55,019 nt of DNA, taken from a virus (lineage: Duplodnaviria; Caudoviricetes). Where the stretch lies: IMG/VR virus record IMGVR_UViG_3300046323_000133, positions 1 to 55,019 of that record; one strand, 5' to 3'. Shown here piece after piece: positions 1 to 8,508 of the stretch. Under the pieces are notes generated by a model. It was given only the letters and a program-made list of their open reading frames with translations. It did not search any database and was not told the DNA's origin. The number at the start of each line of letters is the position of its first letter. The first letter of the stretch is position 1. The position numbers and the translations under genes are program-made.

Positions 1-127
1 AAGAGCAGGAGAACAAGAAATACTTACAATCTCGTCAGCAGCTTTTTCTTTTATAGAATTTATACCGTTAATCCATAATTCATCTTTTACTTTAGATTTG
101 TAAGATTCTAGAGATATAGACATTCTA
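1..127. repeat. Terminal direct repeat copy 1 (identical to 54893-55019); probably assembler overlap of a circular contig
   Basis: Exact 127-nt match to the last 127 nt; 127 is a common assembler k-mer size; the repeat lies inside a CDS that reads through the junction. Confidence 0.95.
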
Positions 128-588
128 TTAGCGTTTACTTGCTCCATAGCTCTTACCATTCCTTTGTAAAAGTCTAATCTAGATTCTAGTTCTCCATTTT
201 CAAACTGTCCTTCTACGCCTCCATACGCTCTGTGAAACATGAGCACTCCTGTTTCTATGATATTACGTTTACCTGGTAACGCTTCTACAATCGCAGAACC
301 CATAGAGGCTGCAAATAATGTGACTGTTTCTAGATTTTTAACTGTTTTGGCAAATTCAATAAAAGTAAGTCCAGCATCAATAGAGCCTCCTGGAGTGTCT
401 AATACTAAATAAATAGTATAATCCTTAGAGCCTCTTTTAGCCACTTTAGACGCTAAATCTAATTGCGCTTTAGTAACTGTTTGGTCACTAATTTCATTTC
501 TAATTAATACTATATTATCTTCTGTTAATTCTATATTTTTAGAAAATACAGTTCCACAAAATAACATTATTGCTAAGAACACCTTCAT
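1..588 (-). CDS. ClpP-like serine protease with N-terminal signal-peptide-like segment, 5' part (continues across the origin into 54892-54728; about 250 aa in total)
   Basis: Manual translation from ATG 588: MKVFLAIMLFCGTVFSKNIEL...YLVLDTPGGSIDAG...FAASMGSAI...LMFHRAYGG; in frame with the 54728..55015 ORF through the repeat; this part is absent from the ORF track. Confidence 0.85.
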   Translation of the reverse strand, partial: MKVFLAIMLFCGTVFSKNIELTEDNIVLIRNEISDQTVTKAQLDLASKVAKRGSKDYTIYLVLDTPGGSIDAGLTFIEFAKTVKNLETVTLFAASMGSAIVEALPGKRNIIETGVLMFHRAYGGVEGQFENGELESRLDFYKGMVRAMEQVNANRMSISLESYKSKVKDELWINGINSIKEKAADEIVSISCSPAL

Positions 589-590
589 AC

Positions 591-782
591 TTACTCGCTT
601 TTCTGCACCGTAGTGCTGTTTTGTTTTGATTTCTCTTCAAGCAATGCCTGAATTTGAAATTGTGCTAAAGTTAATCGAACATAAAAGTCTGCTGCTTGTC
701 GTACCAACTCATTCTTAGATAGGTCTTTAAGTTGATTTTTAAACTCTCTTAAAGCTGCTACCATTTTTACATCTTGACTCAT
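591..782 (-). CDS. Small helical hypothetical protein between the two ClpP genes
   Basis: 63 aa, start overlaps the upstream stop codon. Confidence 0.7.
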   Translation of the reverse strand: MSQDVKMVAALREFKNQLKDLSKNELVRQAADFYVRLTLAQFQIQALLEEKSKQNSTTVQKSE

Positions 783-1369
783 TAAAATATCTCCTTGGCT
801 ACGCCTAATTTTACTACTTGTTCAGCTGTTAAAAAAACATCCTTCTTAGAGTGTAACATTTTCTTCCAAAAATTGCTACTTTTCTTACTATTTTCTTGTA
901 AAAACTCACAATACATTTTTTCTTCACGGTTTAAGCTGTTAATTACATTTACTATAGAGTGGACTGGTCCTTCTATGCCCACAGAAGCTTGATGAAACAT
1001 GAATTCACAATATTTTGAAACAGCACGCTCTTCCCCTGCAGCAAAAATCATAGTGGCTGCAGACATAATAGCTCCATAAGCTTCTGTTCTTATAACACAT
1101 GGAGATTTTTTAATTCTAGCAACAATAGCCCAAGCATCGTATATAGAACCTCCGCAGCTATTAATTTTAATAGTTATAGGAGCTAAATCGGGACCTGCAT
1201 CTCGTTCTAATAGATTTAATTTCGCATCTATTTCTTGAAAAGAGTGATGGTCTATATCTTTATTTATACAAAATGTTCTATTAACGCAGTCAATACCGTA
1301 GTCCAGCATCAAATCATTTTGCATGTTCCATATATGGACAGCTAGTTCTTGTACATTTTTTTCAGACAT
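782..1369 (-). CDS. clpP: ClpP-family protease (peptidase S14), cytoplasmic type
   Basis: ITIKINSCGGS, YGAIMSAA (Ser), FMFHQAS (His), KKDVFLTAEQVVKLG (Asp); GGAG RBS. Confidence 0.9.
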   Translation of the reverse strand: MSEKNVQELAVHIWNMQNDLMLDYGIDCVNRTFCINKDIDHHSFQEIDAKLNLLERDAGPDLAPITIKINSCGGSIYDAWAIVARIKKSPCVIRTEAYGAIMSAATMIFAAGEERAVSKYCEFMFHQASVGIEGPVHSIVNVINSLNREEKMYCEFLQENSKKSSNFWKKMLHSKKDVFLTAEQVVKLGVAKEIF

Positions 1370-1377
1370 AGAAGCTC

Positions 1378-1815
1378 CTACTTAACTGTGTTCATTAATA
1401 TGTATGGATGGTATATTAGGTTAAACTTTTCATCGTTTCTGTCACCTATAACAGTTTGATGGGTGTAGCATCCTAAAACTCCGAAATCATGGTTAGTTTC
1501 TTCTAACATACGTCTAGCTAATCCTAATTTACGGTATATATTTTTTACATATATGTAATGTAGAACAAACTGTCCTTGTATACGTTCAAAGACGCAGTAT
1601 CCATATATTATTCTAGGGTCTTCTGAGTTACAGCAGATTATAACGGTACTTGTCTTTAGTAATCTTTCAATGACATCGTGTTGATTAGTATAATAAATAC
1701 TATTATCTACATTGTTACATAGAGTTCCTGCTCTAAAAGATTTTAACCAGCTGCTGAATAAGAAAGCTGTATCTTCTTCTAAAAATGGTCGCATAATAAT
1801 AGGCAAACTAGTCAT
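1378..1815 (-). CDS. GNAT-family acetyltransferase
   Basis: LHYIYVKNIYRKLGLARRML acetyl-CoA motif A; start adjusted to ATG 1815 with GGAG upstream. Confidence 0.75.
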   Translation of the reverse strand: MTSLPIIMRPFLEEDTAFLFSSWLKSFRAGTLCNNVDNSIYYTNQHDVIERLLKTSTVIICCNSEDPRIIYGYCVFERIQGQFVLHYIYVKNIYRKLGLARRMLEETNHDFGVLGCYTHQTVIGDRNDEKFNLIYHPYILMNTVK

Positions 1816-2065
1816 TTGAAATCTCCATTTCTTCTTCGTCCTCATCCCATTTTAGAGATACGCTAACTCTTAATGCACTTCCTAAGTATTGTAAGGCATC
1901 GTGTTCGGAAATTCCACAAGAGATAGCTAAATTCTCATAAGGGATATCTACTTTAAATTGATAATTAGTCTTTTTTAATGTTGCCATGGTTATGGCGTAT
2001 TGAAGCATATTTAATGCTGAATATTCAGATACTTCGGCTGTTGAAGGCCTTATTATTTCACTCAT
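1808..2065 (-). CDS. Hypothetical protein
   Basis: ORF with AGGAG RBS in a tightly packed operon. Confidence 0.65.
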   Translation of the reverse strand: MSEIIRPSTAEVSEYSALNMLQYAITMATLKKTNYQFKVDIPYENLAISCGISEHDALQYLGSALRVSVSLKWDEDEEEMEISND

Positions 2066-2091
2066 ATATCAGTTGCTCCTATACTAGAGCT

Positions 2092-2412
2092 TTATGGTTT
2101 TTTAGATTTCTCGTGATATAGCTGCAAAAGCTCTTGTTCGGACATATTTTTTAAAGCATCGTCCAATCCGTCGTGCTTATCTTGTTCACGTTCTTCTCTA
2201 CTTATATCACATATAGACTGGACCAAAGTCCTCAAAGATTTTATTTGTTCTTGGTCTAAAGAATATCCTGTATTTGATTTTACTCTTAAAATCTGTATCT
2301 GGTCGTTTAATATACTGAGCGCGTCTGAAAGAGCAGAAGCTGTATTAGTTTCTCTTACTACTGCTGAGTTTACAGGACGTCTTTGCAGTCCTGCAGGTAT
2401 TAGTTTAGCCAT
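2092..2412 (-). CDS. Hypothetical helical protein; weak candidate for terminase small subunit
   Basis: Helical, with a C-terminal MSEQELLQL segment; a few genes upstream of TerL on the circle; function is inference only. Confidence 0.4.
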   Translation of the reverse strand: MAKLIPAGLQRRPVNSAVVRETNTASALSDALSILNDQIQILRVKSNTGYSLDQEQIKSLRTLVQSICDISREEREQDKHDGLDDALKNMSEQELLQLYHEKSKKP

Positions 2413-2641
2413 TTTTAACCTCATATACAGTTACAAATCCTTCATTATCTGCTATATATATTTTATTACTAGGGCAGCTTATATCACATACTACTTTATA
2501 ATGTATGGTGCTATCCATATCATTACACACTCTTACAATTTCATCAAAACTGTCAAAAGAGCACAGTATAGAGTTGCGTACTTTATCTAAAGTAAACACT
2601 TGTATATTTTCACTAACTTGTTCTGTACTCCAACTGTTCAT
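2405..2641 (-). CDS. Hypothetical protein
   Basis: Operon packing. Confidence 0.55.
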   Translation of the reverse strand: MNSWSTEQVSENIQVFTLDKVRNSILCSFDSFDEIVRVCNDMDSTIHYKVVCDISCPSNKIYIADNEGFVTVYEVKNG

Positions 2642-2773
2642 AATAATCTCAATTCAAGTTTTAGTTCTTGTTTGGCTTTTTCTACTTGAATATTAAGCTC
2701 CTTATTAAAATCTAATAGTTTTTTTAGGTCTTTAGTTTTATTATAACAGTTAGAATCATGTTTTGCATGTATA

Positions 2774-3049
2774 TTAATACTGAATAGTAAACTTAACAGT
2801 AACATTTTCACTGGATACCTCCGTTATAAGGTTATTTGATAGCTTTAACACTGCTTTTTTGCCCATAACCACTGACATAACAGGAAATACATACATAATT
2901 ACGGCTTTTGGCATTAACTGTATGGCATTTTCATAATATACACTGCTATTTCGCACTATTTCAGGGTTATAGTAAGCATATGTGTTCAAAGTGCTAGTAC
3001 ATCCTGTGTTATTTATACATGCAAAGGCTAAAACGACCTCTTGAATCAT
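2774..3049 (-). CDS. Hypothetical protein with hydrophobic segments
   Basis: ATGA overlap with the upstream gene. Confidence 0.55.
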   Translation of the reverse strand: MIQEVVLAFACINNTGCTSTLNTYAYYNPEIVRNSSVYYENAIQLMPKAVIMYVFPVMSVVMGKKAVLKLSNNLITEVSSENVTVKFTIQY

Positions 3050-3258
3050 ACAGGCTCTCTTATTCCGCAGATTTTACACGTTCTATCACTCTGCAGCAGT
3101 CCTAGATACGTTTCCCAGTCATGATAACATTGATGTTTGTGAATATTTGTAGGTATAATCTCGGGTACCTCTACTAAAGACTGGTATTTTATGATATTTC
3201 CATACTTATCTAAGCCTTCAACCCATTTTATAGCAAATAAACCTTTAATTTCTTTCAT
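3046..3258 (-). CDS. Small Cys/His (Zn-ribbon-like) protein
   Basis: CYHDW...CKICG; directly downstream of a sigma54-type motif. Confidence 0.6.
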   Translation of the reverse strand: MKEIKGLFAIKWVEGLDKYGNIIKYQSLVEVPEIIPTNIHKHQCYHDWETYLGLLQSDRTCKICGIREPV

Positions 3259-3269
3259 GTTTAACTGTG

Positions 3270-3289
3270 TTGCAGATTTTATGCCGGTC
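3270..3289 (-). promoter_or_regulatory. sigma54-type -24/-12 promoter
   Basis: GACCGGCATAAAATCTGCAA (GG-N10-GC), intergenic; 19/20 identical to 14397-14416. Confidence 0.7.
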
Positions 3290-3326
3290 CAAATCGTTTA
3301 TTCTGTATTAGAATATGGAATATTGT

Positions 3327-3698
3327 TTAAGTTTTAAGCAAATGCCAAGCATTTTTGTACAGCAAGTATTTTTTAGTAGGTCTAAAAGCGTTTGTTTTAA
3401 TTAATTTGGATGGGATAATATAATAGTCTGAAGATTTATAGTCATAAAATACAAAAAAGTGTATAGTTTTTACCCATTTTGGATTGTAGTTTATAGTAAA
3501 AGTAGGATAGGCTATTCCTTTTTCAAAATAACGAGAAGATTTAACTTGTATTTTGAGTAGAGACTTACTATTATCGATTATAAAGTCATAAGGTACATTA
3601 TCTGAATGTGGAAAACATACAACTAGTCCGTGCTTACAGCATTCAGCTGCAAATAATAGCTCTGCACGTTCTCCAGATGACTTTGAGCTTAATTTCAT
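3327..3698 (-). CDS. PD-(D/E)XK homing-type endonuclease (PDDEXK_5 / I-Ssp6803I-like)
   Basis: SGERAE...PYDFII...KIQVKS. Confidence 0.8.
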   Translation of the reverse strand: MKLSSKSSGERAELLFAAECCKHGLVVCFPHSDNVPYDFIIDNSKSLLKIQVKSSRYFEKGIAYPTFTINYNPKWVKTIHFFVFYDYKSSDYYIIPSKLIKTNAFRPTKKYLLYKNAWHLLKT

Positions 3699-4435
3699 AA
3701 AGCCTTATACGCTTCTACGCAAATTTCTCCCATACCAGGTATAGTATTGTCTGCAGAACCGTTGTTATAATAGTTTAACATGTTTGGAATAGCTTTATCA
3801 TACTTTTTAAACAGTTTGGTAGCTATGTAAGAAGATATAGTTGGTAATTTACGCTTAGCAACTTGTAAATACGTTAAAGTTTTAACATCGGTATCCCAAG
3901 TATTTACTTTGTTTAGCCAAACTACGTCTAGTATATGAGCTAAATCTATAACTGTTAATACTGGGTATAAAATCCATAAATTAAATCCTCTAATCCAAAG
4001 TCCAATTTCATTTATACCAGGAATGTCAGGAGTCTTTGAAATCCAGCCGTCGCTCTCTAGCGTATTAAAATGCATAAGCTTATTATACTGCCAGCGCGCA
4101 CGCCAAATTTGCCATAATAAATCAGTTCGGTTCCACATAATCATAGAAGCTTGTAACATAGCTGATTGGTCTCTACTAAATGTTTCGTAGCGAGAGTACC
4201 ACTTAGTTGGGTCTGGATGTCGAACGTAAAATCCTTGGGGCAGTTCAATGGGACGCAACTTACGAATAGTTTCGGTGTATCCTACTAGAGTATCAGTGCC
4301 TAGAGCTGATAAGCAGGTATATAGTACGCCACAATTATGAGCATTATCTCCGGAGTCTCCACTTAGTGTTTTTAACATGCCATAATTGTCAAAAGTACTT
4401 TCTATATTTTCTACTAGCTGTTGTATATTACTCAT
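3695..4435 (-). CDS. Hypothetical protein (possibly an enzyme)
   Basis: 246-aa ORF with conserved-looking GDSGD, RHPDP..W and SRDQ segments; no family assigned. Confidence 0.7.
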   Translation of the reverse strand: MSNIQQLVENIESTFDNYGMLKTLSGDSGDNAHNCGVLYTCLSALGTDTLVGYTETIRKLRPIELPQGFYVRHPDPTKWYSRYETFSRDQSAMLQASMIMWNRTDLLWQIWRARWQYNKLMHFNTLESDGWISKTPDIPGINEIGLWIRGFNLWILYPVLTVIDLAHILDVVWLNKVNTWDTDVKTLTYLQVAKRKLPTISSYIATKLFKKYDKAIPNMLNYYNNGSADNTIPGMGEICVEAYKAL

Positions 4436-4911
4436 TATGTCTCCTGTGTAAATAGTAAATAAACTAAATGCGCCTCTTCTTCTGTTCCGTATGAGCCTAA
4501 ATAGTTATTGATTCTAACACCTTTGACTTGTATTCCAGCTTGGGCTACGTACCTGTTATACTTTGTTTTTAAGGTTCCTGGAAGTTTGCCTTCTCTATGT
4601 ACTTTGTAATTTTGATTATTTTCTCTGCAAGTAGCTTCTCTTAAGTTTTCTATTCTATTATCAGACTTGTTACCATTTATATGGTCTATTATAGAAGGCA
4701 TATATCCGTATACAAAATACCAAGCCATTCTGTGAGCTTTGTAGCTCTTATTTTTAAATTTTAATATAGTGTAACCGCTTCTTTTTTGAAAAGAGCCTGC
4801 TTTTGTTCCTATTGTACACCTAGAGTATACGCTAAATTTTTTTTGAAAAAAGAAGTTTCCACAACTCTCATTATAGTGTAAGTATTCTTTTATGTCTTCT
4901 AGTCCACTCAT
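4435..4911 (-). CDS. HNH homing endonuclease with AP2-like C-terminus
   Basis: YKAHRMAW...IDHINGNKSDNRIENLREAT..EN; YLGSYGTEEEA. Confidence 0.9.
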   Translation of the reverse strand: MSGLEDIKEYLHYNESCGNFFFQKKFSVYSRCTIGTKAGSFQKRSGYTILKFKNKSYKAHRMAWYFVYGYMPSIIDHINGNKSDNRIENLREATCRENNQNYKVHREGKLPGTLKTKYNRYVAQAGIQVKGVRINNYLGSYGTEEEAHLVYLLFTQET

Positions 4912-4913
4912 GT

Positions 4914-5198
4914 TTAAAATTTCTCCACTTTAACTGTTACTTTTTTGCCGTTCTTTAATACTTTTATGTAAGCTGTTTCTCCAAGGTCTACAGATATGTC
5001 TCTAATATATGTCAGTCCGTCGACAATTACAATATTTTTATGTGTATAGTCATAGCACCACAAAGTTTCATTTTTAATAATCATTTTGATACCTGTCCAA
5101 TAGGTCTTCAACACATCTTTTATAACCAAATATCTATAAATTATAGCAATTTTTACTTTGGTCCAAAAAGGAGTTTTAGATACGTAATAAATTTCCAT
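4914..5198 (-). CDS. Hypothetical protein
   Basis: AGGAG RBS. Confidence 0.6.
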   Translation of the reverse strand: MEIYYVSKTPFWTKVKIAIIYRYLVIKDVLKTYWTGIKMIIKNETLWCYDYTHKNIVIVDGLTYIRDISVDLGETAYIKVLKNGKKVTVKVEKF

Positions 5199-5211
5199 GT
5201 TGCTCCTAAAT

Positions 5212-5232
5212 AAAAAGGCCGCTTACGGCGGC
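5212..5232 (-). terminator. Rho-independent terminator after the PA14 lipoprotein gene
   Basis: GCCGC-CGTAA-GCGGC-CTTTTTATTT on the - strand. Confidence 0.65.
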
Positions 5233-5295
5233 TAGTCGTTAACATTACTAATTAAGCACGACTCGAACGTGTACACTGTAGCCCTGTTAAATAAC

Positions 5296-6024
5296 TTACA
5301 TATTAAATAATAAACTACCTGGAACGTCTTGTAAAGCACTAACTCCAGAGCTTGTTACACCTTGAATTTGTAGTTTTAAAGCAATTTGAGTTAACGGTCC
5401 TTGGTAGTACAAAATATTAATCTTGTTTAAGCCTTTATACAGTAAAGTAGGAGCAGAAGAGCCCCAAGTAGGAGGCTGCAATACATCCATGTTAATTAAA
5501 GTTACGCTATTAATTGCTAAACGTGCATTGTCATCAGATAACAGTTTAAAGTTATACATATTTGATACTGGAATGTTAATGTAGCCATCGCAGTCTAGAG
5601 CATAATCTTCTGTTCCAATTAAGGCTTGTTCTTGAGCTGTAAATTTAGGAAAGCCGTTTGCTGCTAAACTATCCCCTATGTTGAACAGTTCTATGACCTT
5701 GGTAAATTTTGGGGTAGCGGAAGCTAAAATGCTAATCAGGCCGTTGTTACGGTTTACAACATTTGAATCGTATACAGAGCACTTTAAGCCTTTTTGTAAT
5801 AATAGATTTTGACCAGGTGCCCCTGTGGCCCCTACATTTCCTTGAGCTCCAGTAGCTCCTGCTTGTCCATTTTGTACATAAGTAGTAGTGCCATCTTCAC
5901 ATTTAATAGCTGCTCCAGAACTGGTTTGAACTGTTGTACAGTTAGTTCCATTTTTGGGCGCATCTGTAAAAGTTGTACGAGCACAGCCTGTTAGTAGCAC
6001 AAGACCTAAGATGAACAGTTTCAT
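5296..6024 (-). CDS. Lipoprotein with a short collagen-like repeat and a PA14-like domain
   Basis: Lipobox LLTG-C; (GXY)7 GQAGATGAQGNVGATGAPGQN; PA14-like motifs YALDCDGYINIP, FKLLSDDNARLAIN, YYQG. Confidence 0.8.
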   Translation of the reverse strand: MKLFILGLVLLTGCARTTFTDAPKNGTNCTTVQTSSGAAIKCEDGTTTYVQNGQAGATGAQGNVGATGAPGQNLLLQKGLKCSVYDSNVVNRNNGLISILASATPKFTKVIELFNIGDSLAANGFPKFTAQEQALIGTEDYALDCDGYINIPVSNMYNFKLLSDDNARLAINSVTLINMDVLQPPTWGSSAPTLLYKGLNKINILYYQGPLTQIALKLQIQGVTSSGVSALQDVPGSLLFNM

Positions 6025-6062
6025 GAAATCTCCTTTGTTAGTTTAGTTTGTATACAGGTTAT

Positions 6063-6079
6063 AGCACATTGAGTGCCAA
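6063..6079 (-). promoter_or_regulatory. sigma54-type promoter
   Basis: TTGGCACTCAATGTGCT, about 40 nt upstream of ATG 6024, which has an AAGGAG RBS. Confidence 0.7.
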
Positions 6080-6705
6080 ATCTAAGTAAGTTATATGTCT
6101 TTTGAGCATGTAAATATGACCATAAATTGCACATTTGTATCGGTTTATATATACAGTGTGACTTTTAAACAACACTGCTTAAATAAATGTTAAAATTTGC
6201 CAGTCAGCTGTGTATACGTAGTGATACGATTCGCCTACGTCTATTAAGAACATGCCGTTTACCATGCAGGGTTGTCCGACCAAATCTTTTTTAGCGTTGT
6301 ATACGGAATAACAGAATTTTACTTTATTAATAGCCACCTTGTGTTGCTCCAAAGTATGTGAATAGGCAAAGTTGCATGTTAATCTCCTGTATGTAAATTA
6401 TGTATAAATGCTTAGAAAAGTCCTGCTAAAATGTACGCCGGATGCCAGAACAGTAAATCAATATCTCTAGTTAATAATCCTACTACAAAAATTAATGGAC
6501 ATGTAAATATGAAGGTTATTGTAGCGACTGTTAGTGTGTCTAGTACATAATACTTCATACTACTCCTTTAAACTGTTTCTAATTGTTATATCTACTGCTA
6601 AAACTATTGCGCAAGCTAAATTTATCAGAGCAGTTCCTTTGTCAATGTCTATTAAGAATAGTGCAAACCATAGATTAACTGCTAGTAATATGTATCGCCA
6701 ATACA

Positions 6706-7119
6706 TTATTCTTCCGTATCCATAGGTATGCTGATTTCTACTGTATCTATGAACTGTACTACTGTATACCCCAACTCTTTTAATTTTTTTATAATTAGTT
6801 TATGTGGCATAGGATACTCGATGATTCCGCCGTCTGTAATAACCTGCTTGATAATTTCTTGTACTTCTACAGCTTGTAAGGCTTCAATTTCTTTTATAGC
6901 TTGAGAAGCAGTTAACAGTTTGCTACTAGGTTTAGCAGTTTGAACTGTTGCTGGAGTAGCCTGCCAGGACTGTTCAATCTGTTGGATTTTTTCAGGTGTA
7001 ACTCTTTCTTCATTTATAAATGCTGCTATATCGTCATTGTTATATACGTACTGGTCAGCTTTTGCGCGTGTATCAAAGCTTGCTAAGACTATTCCGTTGT
7101 CATCATAAACTGTATACAT
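6706..7119 (-). CDS. Hypothetical protein
   Basis: AAGGAG RBS. Confidence 0.65.
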   Translation of the reverse strand: MYTVYDDNGIVLASFDTRAKADQYVYNNDDIAAFINEERVTPEKIQQIEQSWQATPATVQTAKPSSKLLTASQAIKEIEALQAVEVQEIIKQVITDGGIIEYPMPHKLIIKKLKELGYTVVQFIDTVEISIPMDTEE

Positions 7120-7139
7120 TAAAGCTCCTTTATTCTTAA

Positions 7140-7433
7140 TTACTTTTTGCTTAATTCTACTTCTAATTCTAATATACGCGCAGACAAAAGTCCAGTAATA
7201 TCTTTTATTCTCATTTTTCTAAATAATCTAGTTTTGTGAAAGCGAATAGTCTTGTCAGTAATATTTAAGGCTTTAGAAATATCCAAATTCTTTGCACCTT
7301 TGTACAACAGTTCTCTGACTTCAAATTCCCGTGGAGATATGAAATAGGGGCCGGGAGAATATCCAGGAGGTAATATTTGATACCTTGGTTTACTTTCTTT
7401 TACTTGAACTTTATTTATTCCTGTAGGCAACAT
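7140..7433 (-). CDS. Stand-alone LuxR/GerE-type HTH regulator
   Basis: ISPREFEVRELLYKGAKNLDISKALNITDKTIRFHKTRLFRKM. Confidence 0.85.
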   Translation of the reverse strand: MLPTGINKVQVKESKPRYQILPPGYSPGPYFISPREFEVRELLYKGAKNLDISKALNITDKTIRFHKTRLFRKMRIKDITGLLSARILELEVELSKK

Positions 7434-7666
7434 TAGTTTGAACCTTTTTCTGCGGCTTCACATGCTTTTAATAACTGTTGTGCATCATATATTGCTTGTT
7501 CTGAAAGTCTTTTTATATCAAATAGTACTGTTTCAGGATTTTCATCTCTTACTCTAAGATAGTGTAATAAGAACTGCGTACTTATATATTCTAACTTTGA
7601 CATACCTCTCTCGATGCCCATGCCAGTGCGACCTGGAAAAGCTTGCTTAGTTTTATTGTTACTCAT
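7433..7666 (-). CDS. Small phage protein with AFP...GMSKLEY motif
   Basis: QAFP..GMSKLEY..AIYDAQQLL resembles a common small phage protein type. Confidence 0.6.
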   Translation of the reverse strand: MSNNKTKQAFPGRTGMGIERGMSKLEYISTQFLLHYLRVRDENPETVLFDIKRLSEQAIYDAQQLLKACEAAEKGSN

Positions 7667-8304
7667 GTTAAGTCTCCTTGTTTATTCGGTATAAAGTCTT
7701 TGTATTGTTTTAATATTTCTTTAGCATATTTAATTTTATCAATAACTCTTTGTCCTGCCGGTTGGTATGAAGACCATAGTTCCAGATTTTCCAGCCTATT
7801 ATCAGTCCTGTCTCCATTAAGATGATGTACTGTTTCATATTTTTTTAAAGCTCTGTCTAAATATCTCATCATTATCAATCTATGTTCAGGTATAGAATAC
7901 CATCTAGACTTTGTCCTTCCAAATCTATTTAAATCGGCATCGGTCATTTTAACAATTTTATATCCATTATTATCTATAGTGTATCTATTTAAAGCCCTTA
8001 GTCTATGGCTCAATATTTTTACACCATTTCTTTTTAATAACATCTTTACGGCATTATAACTTATTTTATATCTATTAGCTATTTGCAATATGGTCTTGTT
8101 GCTATTATATTGTTCTATAATTTGTCTTTTAAATCTATCTGCTACATAGTTTGTATTTCTTGGTACACCATGTTTGGATAATATTCTACTTATAGTATCT
8201 CTACATACTTTATACTTCTTTGCTATTTTTTGTTGTGACATAAAGTTTTTATAGTCTTTTACTATTTTTCTCTCTGTATTATAGCCTATACCCGCAATAA
8301 TCAC
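7663..8304 (-). CDS. HNH endonuclease with tandem N-terminal HTH repeats
   Basis: Two IAxxYxxxxxxxxxxL repeats; EHRLIM...VHHLNGDRTDNRLENLELW. Confidence 0.85.
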   Translation of the reverse strand: MIIAGIGYNTERKIVKDYKNFMSQQKIAKKYKVCRDTISRILSKHGVPRNTNYVADRFKRQIIEQYNSNKTILQIANRYKISYNAVKMLLKRNGVKILSHRLRALNRYTIDNNGYKIVKMTDADLNRFGRTKSRWYSIPEHRLIMMRYLDRALKKYETVHHLNGDRTDNRLENLELWSSYQPAGQRVIDKIKYAKEILKQYKDFIPNKQGDLT

Positions 8305-8307
8305 GAT

Positions 8308-8508
8308 TCACTCCTTATTATTCTTATTACGTTTCCAGGCTGTAAAGTCTTTTAAGTTACCGTGCAGCCTTGACTCTTCAACTGTTTGTCCTGTAAATTT
8401 ATATGTCTTATGTTTAGAACGGCTATTACTTATCATACGTATACGCTGCTCTTTTGCTCTTACGGCTTCTGCTATGCTTCTATATTCTTTAGACATTATA
8501 TCCCCCAA
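8308..8508 (-). CDS. Hypothetical basic protein
   Basis: Operon packing. Confidence 0.5.
   Translation of the reverse strand: MGDIMSKEYRSIAEAVRAKEQRIRMISNSRSKHKTYKFTGQTVEESRLHGNLKDFTAWKRNKNNKE

Noticed and set aside
1-127. Biological direct terminal repeat
   Set aside because: The length equals a common assembly k-mer and the repeat falls inside a CDS; true genome ends cannot be determined from this
3259-3698. Group I intron around the PD-(D/E)XK gene
   Set aside because: Flanking genes look intact and the intergenic space is too short for a ribozyme core
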